Below are positions 33,372 to 42,912 of a DNA stretch of 64,000 nt, in pieces. The translations under genes were made by a program, and so were the position numbers. The notes below the pieces were generated by a model. It saw only the letters and a list, made by a program, of their open reading frames with translations. It did no database searches and was not told the origin of the DNA. How positions within the stretch are numbered: position 1 is the first letter of the stretch; each line of letters opens with the position of its first letter. This stretch comes from Trypanosoma brucei (lineage: Eukaryota), in the NCBI GenBank assembly GCA_000002445.1, contig CP000071.1:800001-864000 (forward strand), in the 5' to 3' direction.

Positions 33372-36300
33372 AGGGTCACACGTGTTCCACAACTCCTCCT
33401 TTTGTTTTATTTTGTTTCCGCCCTCCCTCGTTCCCCCTTTCTGCGTTTCCCCTTTTTTTTTCTTTTTTTTTCTTTTTTTTTTTCTGTTTTCTGTTTTCTG
33501 TTTTGTTTTGTTTTTTTTTTTTGCATCCCATCGATTTGAGAGTTATAAAAGACGAGGAAAAGCGGAATGTTTCTCGTGCGACGAGAGCTGGACATGTAAA
33601 ACACAAAGGGAAATTAAGGAAGTAAATAAAAGTAAAAAAAAAAGAAAAGAAGAAAAACGAAAAAGAAAAAAGGAAAAAGGAAAAAAAAAAGCACCCGAGT
33701 GGGTAGAGGATATGCTGGCAATAGTGTGGTCAGTTTATTTTAAAGAGGGAATATGTGGAGGGAAGGGAAATTTTTTGAATATAAATATTTACTCCCACAA
33801 CATGCCGGAAATATATATTAATATTTGAAAAAAAAAAGAGAGAGAGAGAGAGAAAGAAAGAGATGGATTGGAAGGTAAGGTAAGGTAAAGAAGTAAAGTG
33901 AATGAAGCGCGTTGATAATAAATTAAGAGGAAATAAAAAATGTGAAGGATTTGAAGAAGTTTTGTTGGTGCTACTTTCAAGTGAAACTAAACAAAATATG
34001 TGAAGGACGTAATCAATATTTATTTGTTTGTTTGATGACGCTTCTATCCATCTGTCTTCCTTTTGCTTGTAATTTCACTTTTGTATTTTCCCTCCTTCCC
34101 CTCATCGTTTGTTTTTTCATACTTTTTTTACTTTTTTTTTGTGTTTGTATGGTTGGTTGTTCCGCGTATTGCGTTTAAAAAAAAAAAGTATTGAATAGCA
34201 TTGTCGTTCGTGGACCTGGCGCCCTATTTTTTTTTGTTTTTTTTTGTTTTGTTTTACTTTATTTTCACCTTGGATATGGGCATATGATACAAATAAAATA
34301 ATAATTAAAAAAGGGGAAGTGAGGCTTAGTGAACAAACGAAAAGGAAGTCAAATGAAATAATAATTTCTTTATTAAAGTGGTAAAAGAACAAGAATGACG
34401 TTAACGATGAAATGAGCTCCACATATGTCAGGTACTTGAAATCACGTAAAAGATAAAGAATGATTTAAAGGAAGATTAGAGAATATGAGGAGTTAGAAAA
34501 GAGCAAGTAAGTAAGGGTAAGTATATTCTAAGGGAAATGCTACTTGTACTTATAATTAATGACAATAATAGGGAGGGCAAACCAAATATATATAAATATA
34601 AATAAAGATATATATATATATATATATACATATATTTGATTAAAGGAGCGAGAGAAAAGGGGGGGCAGAAACGAACAAAATAAAGTTAGTGAAGGAAAAA
34701 AGAACTGAATAATAAGGTGCTTTCCTTACCGCATTTGTGAGCCACCCCTCATCCCCACATGTACGAGAGCATTTTTCATCGTTTTCGTTCCTCAACAAAC
34801 TTTTGTGCGATGAGGTGGTGGATGAGGAGTGGCAGTGCCAAAAGTAAACAAATGGATCTATATTTCCATTTTTGTTACTTATGAATGTTCACACCTTATC
34901 TTGTTTTTTTTTAAGTTTTCAGCCTTTTTTTTTCGTTTTTTTCTTTTAAATTGTGTGTGTGAGCTCTTTTTTTTTTTTACGCTTCCTCCCACCCCCATTG
35001 CGGGATCCGCTTTGCAAAGAGGAAATATTTTGAGGTATGTGGAGGGCTCCCGTGTCCTCATATATGTAAGCAGCGCTTTTTTTTCGTTATGCTAATTTGA
35101 AAAGGAATTTTCATGTATGTACATAGTTAATATAAAGAAATATATTTATATATTTATAATATACAATATATACAAGAAATATACATACATGTTTCTGTGA
35201 CCGTCTATCTAACTGTCTGACCATCTAATTGACTGACCGACTGGCTGTTTGTTTGTTGTTTTTTTTTTTTCGTTTGCGTGTAAACATAGATACATCATAA
35301 TGGAGTGGCCTCTCATGTGTATGTGCGGGTGCATCCATGTGTGCATGTCTCGTGTTTCCGTTTATTGTCATTATTATTGTTTGTATTCCTTGTTTCGCAC
35401 CTTGTGTGTGTTTGCTTGTTCGTGTTCGCCTACTTTTTTTTTTGCTTTTTTTTTGTTTTTGTTTTTCCTCCTTCCCTTTTATGTGAACCATGGCTATCAT
35501 TTCTTATTATTACTGACATTATAGCTATTGTTATTGTTTACTGTTGCTACTGACATTCCTCCCTGGGTGAATTTCAATTATTTGTGATCTCCTTCTCGTG
35601 TTTTTCCCCCATCTTCTTCAGTCTTTCCTTTTTCTTTTTTTTTGTCTGCTTCGTGTTGACGTTAGTTTTCTGTTTTTGATGTGCGTGCAGTTTTTGTTGT
35701 TTCAACTAAATTAATTTTTCTGTTTTTTCCTTGAGGTCCTGCGCGCGGTGGCGAGAAAAAACAAAAGTAAATGTCAAATAATGGCTGGTTTTTCGACAAG
35801 GTTAACAGAATTCAAAAGGAATAAACAGTTTTTAAAAGAGAAAAAAACGGTGAAATATATATATATATATATATATTTAAAGCTGACAGATATACAAATA
35901 CGTGTGTGATCCTGTGTGATTGTGTGTTTGTGCTCACATTAGAAAGTAAATAAACAAATTTAATGTGCTTTTCTGCCGTCGAAACTTCCCTCCGCTCCCG
36001 TGTTTTGTCTTTGACGTGATATGCAGTGTGCGGATGAGGTTGTTACCACTTTTCTTTTTGTTGTTGTTGTCGTTTCTTCGCTTTTTTTTGGGGGGGGGTT
36101 TCAGTTTTTGGCTTTTGGCTTTATTATTGCCGCTTAATGGATGGAGAAGGGAGAGGGAGGCGATAGAAGCAAAGAAGAGTTCTGTTTGTTTGCTCGCTGC
36201 GGACTTCTGTTCACTTTGATTTAATATCCGGAAAGGAGCAAAAAAAGAAAAGTATAATTCATTTGACATTTCTTGAGCAAGTCGTACAATGAGTGAGCAT

Positions 36301-36599
36301 ACAAATACTTGCAGCATCCGTTCTCTTCCCTCCTTAATCTTTCTCAGACTCTTCCCCTGTCATCTACTTTATTGTTTATTGTACTGTTCCCTTTCTATTT
36401 TGTTTCTGTTTTCGTTTGTGTTTGTGTTAAATCCGATAATCATCAACAGCATCTAACCGGTATTTTGTTTTATCCGTGGTAACGAAAAGAAAAAGAAAAA
36501 AGAGAGACAATAATATATCTCTGTTAATGCCCACGTTAAACTATATATTTTTGTAGGAAGGAGAGAAGAGGGTATGGACCTGCTAAGGGAATTACATAT

Positions 36600-36760
36600 T
36601 TGTTCCCTTCTGTATGAACCACACTTACCTACGGTTTTTGTTGTTTTTTTTTTGTCTTTGTTCCTCTTGTTTTGGTTTGGTTTTTTTTTTTGGTTTCGTT
36701 TCGTTTCTATTTCCTTTTTTTCTATTTGTTTTACGTCTTTGATTGTCTCGTTGCGCGGGA
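36600..36760 (+). promoter_or_regulatory. Long polypyrimidine block, candidate polyadenylation/trans-splicing signal at the end of the RBP10-like 3' region
   Basis: ~160 nt that are almost exclusively T/C (ttttgttgttttttttttgtctttgttcctcttgttttggttt...). Its function is inferred from the general trypanosomatid mechanism. Confidence 0.4.
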
Positions 36761-37771
36761 AGAGGAATACGAGTAAGGGGAGAGAACAGAAGAAAAGAAA
36801 AGGAGACAAGAAGAAAAAGGAAATTTTGTTTATTCCTTATGCTTTCAAAACTCTTTTCCCGTATCAGTGTGCGTGTACGTGTGTGACTGCCTCGATACAA
36901 CTGGTTTCACTTTCGTGCCCTATCATCTGCTCCTTCTCTTTACCTCTTTTTTTTTCTTTTTTCTGTTCCTTTCATTCTGCTCTCACGTTCAACAACCACA
37001 CAGTGAATTTTATTATTTATTAACTTTATTATTACGACAATATATATATATACGGTCGCTACTGTTAGCTTACCGTCAATATCAGTAACCATGTCACGCG
37101 GTTCACAAATGTTAAATTTAATAACAGTAATAAAACGAATATACAATTGAATAGACGTGCAGAAGTTTCGAAGTTAAGTCGAAAGAGCAAAAAAGTTAAA
37201 GAAAAAAATATGTAGAGGGTGGAGCCAACAATAACGTATGGGAGGAATGAATGTGCTTTATGTCCGTGACGGAGGCGTAAAATGATGATGAACTGAAGTT
37301 ATGGAAACTAACAAAATAAGGGAAAGGACATATATATATATATATATATGCGTGCATATATTGTGCCGGAAGGAAGCGGAAATATACACTGAAGCGTACC
37401 GGTCAAAAATTGAAAGTGCGGAACCCCGCGTCTCCGCGTAGTGTCACCTGTTATCCGCGCATTTTCTTAGTGTCTCTGCTTTTAGCGTTGCACATCACCT
37501 TTGCAACAACCGAGTTATCGCCGTTTCACACCTGTGGCACAGATTTTCGTGGCTCCTTCATGACACTTATGCTCACTTTACATCTCACCTGCCGTTTTTC
37601 ATCAAAAGTAAAGACCTTCCGTAGGGATGTTGAGGAACGAAATGACGAAGTATTAAGTCTGTCGTCACTGCGGACAGCTTCTGGCGTGGCACCAAAACAC
37701 TCCTACTGAAAGAGCTCAGTGACGCCGCGCTCGCCATTTGTGAGGCAGAGGGCCACAACGTCCAGTGCCTC

Positions 37772-38092
37772 GTGTACGATCGGTCCAAACGGGAAAATGT
37801 TCCCATGACAGAGGGCCGCGATGCGTGGTACAGCGACGTTGTAGAGACCCTCACGGCAAGTGAGCTCGCGGATTGCCCCGTTGTATGGATTGGGGCGGAG
37901 GATCCCCTTTTCCTCTTGTACACCTCTGGCAGCACTGGTAAACCCAAGGCAATCTTGCATACGCTGGGAGGTTACAATTCACTTTCTGTAATATGGTGCG
38001 CACACAGAATGAACTGCAGTTTCACCGCAGGGGGGCTGCTGTATTTTCCTGGTCTTGAACCAAATTTGCGCTCTCCACGGCGGAGACACTAG
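37772..38092 (+). pseudogene. Acetyl-CoA synthetase (AMP-forming, ANL superfamily) gene fragment or relic
   Basis: The 106-aa ORF contains the near-perfect AMP-binding signature DPLFLLYTSGSTGKPKAILHTLGGY, and upstream WYSDVV...SELADCPVVWIGAEDPLF resembles ACS. Similarity decays after GGY, and the ORF is bounded by stops. Full-length ACS is ~650 aa, so this is a truncated, degenerate remnant. Confidence 0.6.
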
Positions 38093-38280
38093 ACACACCC
38101 AACCCGGTCTGCGTTCGTCTTTGACCTCCCGTTTCAAGGGTGGCACGGCATTGATTATTTACCTCTGCCATTTGGAACGGTCAGGCCATAATGTTCGACT
38201 CGCTCTCCTTAACCCCCCCTCCCCCACCTGCAGTCAGTCGGTGCCATGTTCGCCGTTGAGCGAAACTGATTTTTTTTAAG

Positions 38281-39459
38281 GTGAGTGGTGTTAACCTCTA
38301 TTTTCGTGCCCTTTGTCTCCAATCCCACACTGTCTCTGCTGTCTATTTAGGAAGCCAACGAATGGGTTGTCTCCCTCCCGACGATTTGGGGCCGTTTGTT
38401 TCAGACCATGTTGATGTTAACGAGGCGGAGCCTGTTCCCCTGAGTGACGAGGACCTCGATCTACTTGTGCGGTACTCCCTTCTCCCCACTGATGTCGTGA
38501 GAGAAGCGTGGGCCGTCTTCAACCACTACCGTGTAGTAGAGTGCCTCCGGGCCCAGCAGCGCCATTACGCTATGACAGGTCATTTACCACAGAAGTCAAC
38601 GGTGTCCATGTCAGCGAGGCCGTTTCCGGTGGCGGAATGTGGTGGGAAGCTCTTCACAACTCCGGTTAGGGCCGCCAGTGGCGATTGCAACGCGGTGAAA
38701 GAGGAGGAGAAGGCTCCAGTTAGTCCGAGAGATTGTGTGACCGGTGAAAATTCAGAATGCAGAAAGGAGGAAGTGGAGGTGGCGGTTTTGGGCGCGGAAG
38801 GCCTCCGGCAATTCTTTGAGGATACCGGAGCGCCGATCCCCACGCTTGAGGTGACTTCCTTTCTTCGGCGGATGTCACAGCCCCCTGTAGAGTACTTGCT
38901 GTACCAGCGTGCACTGGAAGAGAAACTGACTGGCGCTGCAGCAGCTGCTGCACCTCCCAGAGAGGAATCGCCAGGGGTTGGCCAAAGAAAAAAGTCTCCA
39001 CAAACTGATCAATCGAAGCACAACAAAGGCCAAAGTGTAGGGCGTGGTCAACGACCGAATAACAACACGAAATCGCTGAATATTCTCGTTGATGACCACA
39101 TCGACCTGTTGGAGGAACAGAGGGGTTCTGGAGGGGAAACGGTGACATTTCCGCTTTTCCTCTACATCTTGTCGAATGCTGAGTTGGGAAAAAATTTCAC
39201 CGCTGATGTCCGCGAGAGTGAAATAAATACCTTGTTTCGGACATTAGACGTGGATGGTGATGGCGTTGTTTCCGTGGACGATATCCAACGGCTACTGGAA
39301 GAGCGGTGCTCACTTGGAGACACGTTGTATGAGGACCGTGACATTCGGTACCTGCGAGGAATGAACCTAACTGAGCTGAAGGCTGCGCTGCGGGAGTGCG
39401 ATGTTGACGAGGACGGGGCGGTGAGACTAAACGACTTTCGCTCAGTTTTGAGTTCGTGA
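38281..39459 (+). CDS. EF-hand calcium-binding protein
   Basis: Two C-terminal canonical EF loops: DVDGDGVVSVDDIQRLLEE and CDVDEDGAVRLNDF. A poly(Y) tract (ctctccttaaccccccctcccccacctgcag) at 38203-38233 precedes it. The start is possibly the Met at 38359. Confidence 0.7.
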   Translation: MSGVNLYFRALCLQSHTVSAVYLGSQRMGCLPPDDLGPFVSDHVDVNEAEPVPLSDEDLDLLVRYSLLPTDVVREAWAVFNHYRVVECLRAQQRHYAMTGHLPQKSTVSMSARPFPVAECGGKLFTTPVRAASGDCNAVKEEEKAPVSPRDCVTGENSECRKEEVEVAVLGAEGLRQFFEDTGAPIPTLEVTSFLRRMSQPPVEYLLYQRALEEKLTGAAAAAAPPREESPGVGQRKKSPQTDQSKHNKGQSVGRGQRPNNNTKSLNILVDDHIDLLEEQRGSGGETVTFPLFLYILSNAELGKNFTADVRESEINTLFRTLDVDGDGVVSVDDIQRLLEERCSLGDTLYEDRDIRYLRGMNLTELKAALRECDVDEDGAVRLNDFRSVLSS

Positions 39460-39870
39460 GCTATACACAGCATTAGTTTCCTAGAGTATATGCAATTACC
39501 GGAGATCTCCAATTACCCTTACATATATATATATTATTTTTTCGACTCCTTTGTGAGTGGAAAAATTATGTGTAGGGTAGCAGGAGCTGAACTAATGTAT
39601 AGAACGTGGGTAAGAACATGGAAAGAAGGCAGTAACCGTCGTGAAAATGTTGTGCCGATGTGCACATTTGTGAGGCCTGATTTGTACTCGTCAGACGTGA
39701 GGGTCTACACCTCTGTTATACGCTGCGCTCACTCGCGTCCCCTATCTTATCCTTTATTTCTTTCACATCCGCATTCTTTCATTTTCGTTTCTTTTTTTAT
39801 TTTGCATGATGTCTTGTTCACGATAATCAATGTTAACCACCAATTTATCGGGTGGAGGGTCTTTGCAGAA

Positions 39871-42477
39871 ATGGGTGTCCCATTACTTCTCACTTGGTTA
39901 AGGCGACGGTTTGCGGCGTGTTTTCTCCCTAGCAACAGTAACGTGAGTGCCGACTGCTTGTACATCGATGTCAATGGACTGGTGTACCAGGCAGCCACCC
40001 TCGCTACTTCTGGTGGCGGGGACCCAGCAGACATCGAGGCAGCCATTCTGCGCAGACTGTTTGATCTCCTGGACGACATTGTGTTACGTCTCGTCCGGCC
40101 GCGCTCGCTGGTGTATCTGGCTGTTGATGGTATTTCACCCATGGGAAAACTCGCCCAACAGCGCTCACGACGACGACGGCGACGACGCCAGGACCCGCAT
40201 TCACACGTTCGTACCACGGAATGGGACAGCAACAGCATCAGCGTTGGAACGTCTTTCATGTCATCTCTGACGGATGCACTGCACTTTTATTGCGCAAGTC
40301 GCGCGGAGCGCATAAATGTGGAGCGGCTTCGTGAGTATAAGCAACGTGACGTTGGGAAAGACGTTGCAAGCGCTGGTTTCCCAGCCAACGAGAAAGCAGC
40401 ACCCTCGCTCATTACGTTTGTGTCAGATAACGTGTGGCGTCCCGGTGAGGGCGAGTCGAAGATCGCAGATGCCATACGGCGCTTTCGCTCGCAACCAAGC
40501 TATGATCCAAACACCGCGCACGTCATTTGTAGTTCAGACACGGATGTGACTGTGTGTTCTCTGATACTACACGAACCTAACATTCATGTACTGCGCTATG
40601 AACATGTTTCAGCTAGCACCGCCAAAGGTGGCAACAATAACTGGCAAACCTACGCAGGCGACAGCTGGGCGTCCACATTCTTCAGTATCTACGCTTTCCG
40701 TGAAGAACTTCGACTAAGGCTCCGGATAGAGCAAACTCGTAGTAACACTATGTCGGCTGAGGAGCTGGAAAAACTCAACAAACAGTTTGAGGCTGCTCTT
40801 CATGACGTGGTGTTTGTGTTGCTCTTGTTTGGAAACGACTTTTTACCATCCGTCGGATGTCGAATTGAGGAGGGCTTTCTTGACAGTCTCCTGGAGATGC
40901 TCGCCACTGACTTCGTTACACGGGGACGATCTATCGTTGATCCAGTTACTAACACCATTCAATTCGATGCTGCACGATACGCCCTGGAGTCTCTCGCAGA
41001 GATGCGCAACGAGCGTTCGAGTGGGCTCCAAGTTGACAACGGTGCAGAAGGTGCCGCAGATTGGGGGTTCGTTAATGAACAATTTCTGCAGCGGAAGGCA
41101 GCAGAGGAGGCAGAGAAGGCGCCTTGGTGTTACGCCTATTGGACAATGCTGCAGTGGTCACTGCAAAACAGCGCTGGTGTCGTGGAGCACTGGGGTTGCT
41201 ACTACCCCTATAGTACCGCGCCCCCGTTGCATCTGCTTCAAAAGTACTGCGGAACACTCTCATATGATGCCCTGATGGAGTTAGCGGAGAAGAGGAGCCG
41301 TAGGAAAGTTGGCCACCACAATCGGGCCCACGATGGGACTAACTCAGGCTCAGGGGAACGGGGGGTGAGGCTGCGGGGACCGGGGCCCACCGACGTGCTG
41401 GTGCAGCTGCTCGTCCTTCTGCCTACTCGTAGTATCGCGCTGCTCCCAACTGCAGTGCGAAAGGGATATTCGGAAATTGAGCCCATTGTAGTTGCCCCTG
41501 TGGAGGAAATCGACTTTGCTGCAGTCCAAACGTGGTGCGCAACGAAACGGGGGTTGTTCACGGAGGAGGAACGCGTGCGGTTCGATGCGTACGCACTCGC
41601 CGCGAGTGACCATCTGGTTGCGGGCGACGTGCATGCAAAATGTGTTCGGGGAAACGAGATGCTTTTTGTCGCTGACTGGAATGCTGAGGAGCTTGCCGCG
41701 GAGTTGAGAGAACTCGAGGAAATAGTGCAAGGTGGGGGTGGCACCCGCAGTGACGGATCGTCCAGTAGCAAAAAGCAGACAGACACCCTAAACAGTGCAA
41801 CCGGCGTTTTCACGTCTTTTTTCTCTGCGAGAAACGCAGGAAAGACATCGGCAGCGGTAGCAGCCTTACTTAGCGCCCCGAAATTCTCCAGAAATATCGG
41901 AGAGGGGGGCACCGGCAATGCCGACACTGTCACCACAAGCAGCGGCATCCCAAATATAAATGGCACCTCAAACAACACCGATAGAGATGTCTTACAGCAA
42001 TCGATTGACGTCGACGTGCTGAGTGCCGCAAACTTCACCTTTCATACTGTTTCGACATCAGCACTAAAGGGTGAATCGATGGTCCGTCGGGTTGGTAACA
42101 TCACTGGGGACACCTTCGAGTGTGGTTCGTACAGCGTCGGTCCGTTGTCGCGCAATCAGAAAACGATGCGCGTCAGATTGCGGTGGCGCGTTGCGTCCAG
42201 GCCGCCCCGAGACGCTGCACCATTTTTGCCGTATTTGCTTTCAGGCTTGAAGCCCCGGCAGAAAAGTGCAGAAGGTGATGGAACCGCCGGAAAGGAGGGG
42301 GTGAAGCGCCCCCGGTCGGAGGTAGCCAAATCGGCGGGGGATGATGACGCCAAGAAGAATGTTTTCGACGACTTCACACAGCAAACAATGTTACACGATA
42401 CCTTGCAGGAGAAAAAAGAGGCCCTGCGACGCCGTCTGGAGGCACTTCAGGGGGGAAATGCCACCCTGGGGACCTAA
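39871..42477 (+). CDS. XRN-family 5'-3' exoribonuclease (XRNB/XRNC-like size). The ORF is open from 39490, but the conserved start is MGVP at 39871.
   Basis: XRN N-terminal signature MGVP..(L)..WL..R. Catalytic-domain blocks LYIDVNGLVYQAA, LVYLAVDGISPMGKLAQQRSRRRRR and GEGESKIADAIR. The basic/acidic low-complexity C-terminus is typical of the family. 869 aa from MGVP. Confidence 0.85.
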   Translation: MGVPLLLTWLRRRFAACFLPSNSNVSADCLYIDVNGLVYQAATLATSGGGDPADIEAAILRRLFDLLDDIVLRLVRPRSLVYLAVDGISPMGKLAQQRSRRRRRRRQDPHSHVRTTEWDSNSISVGTSFMSSLTDALHFYCASRAERINVERLREYKQRDVGKDVASAGFPANEKAAPSLITFVSDNVWRPGEGESKIADAIRRFRSQPSYDPNTAHVICSSDTDVTVCSLILHEPNIHVLRYEHVSASTAKGGNNNWQTYAGDSWASTFFSIYAFREELRLRLRIEQTRSNTMSAEELEKLNKQFEAALHDVVFVLLLFGNDFLPSVGCRIEEGFLDSLLEMLATDFVTRGRSIVDPVTNTIQFDAARYALESLAEMRNERSSGLQVDNGAEGAADWGFVNEQFLQRKAAEEAEKAPWCYAYWTMLQWSLQNSAGVVEHWGCYYPYSTAPPLHLLQKYCGTLSYDALMELAEKRSRRKVGHHNRAHDGTNSGSGERGVRLRGPGPTDVLVQLLVLLPTRSIALLPTAVRKGYSEIEPIVVAPVEEIDFAAVQTWCATKRGLFTEEERVRFDAYALAASDHLVAGDVHAKCVRGNEMLFVADWNAEELAAELRELEEIVQGGGGTRSDGSSSSKKQTDTLNSATGVFTSFFSARNAGKTSAAVAALLSAPKFSRNIGEGGTGNADTVTTSSGIPNINGTSNNTDRDVLQQSIDVDVLSAANFTFHTVSTSALKGESMVRRVGNITGDTFECGSYSVGPLSRNQKTMRVRLRWRVASRPPRDAAPFLPYLLSGLKPRQKSAEGDGTAGKEGVKRPRSEVAKSAGDDDAKKNVFDDFTQQTMLHDTLQEKKEALRRRLEALQGGNATLGT

Positions 42478-42912
42478 TTTCACGATTTTCTCCTCTCTTA
42501 CCATGTGCTCATTTCTTTTATCCGTTGCCATCATCGCTTCCGGGCATGACAGGAGGAAGGGGTACAACGCGGTGTTAACTATAGTCTGAGCTTCGCCCTC
42601 TGAGTTGCTGCACCCTAAGGGTTTTCCCTTATTCTAGTTACATGGTCTTTTTTTCCTTCTCGTTGCTCTTCGGCTTCCGTAATCATATCTCCACCGCAAC
42701 ACGCTGGAGGGATTTTGTGTGGTTTATGGGAAGTAAACAAAAAAAGAGAAAGATAAGGAATAGTGCTAGTGTTACTTTTTTCTTTTTGTAAAGGAAAATT
42801 ACTAAACAAGGGGGAAAATAAAGGCTGTCTGCACGCTGGTATATTCGTCTTCCAGCATACGCATACGTATCCAATTTGATTTCATCCTCCATCATCACCC
42901 CTCCATTACAAA

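Larger units (their letters stand above)
29519..36800 (+). other. Probable giant 3' UTR/intergenic region of the RBP10-like gene. It is extremely low-complexity, U-rich and pyrimidine-rich, with many microsatellites. The 3' boundary is approximate.
   Basis: No credible ORF for ~8 kb. The six-frame ORFs here are poly-F/L/S translations of simple repeats. Dense homopolymer T/A runs. A large poly(Y) block at ~36600-36760 could mark polyadenylation and the next trans-splice region. Confidence 0.6.

Noticed and set aside
29600-37100. Dozens of 60-150 aa ORFs on both strands (e.g. 30356..30790, 33382..33828, 36574..37023) translating to poly-F/L/S/K/Y strings
   Set aside because: These are translations of microsatellites and homopolymer tracts in an 8-kb low-complexity UTR/intergenic region. 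They show no protein-like composition.
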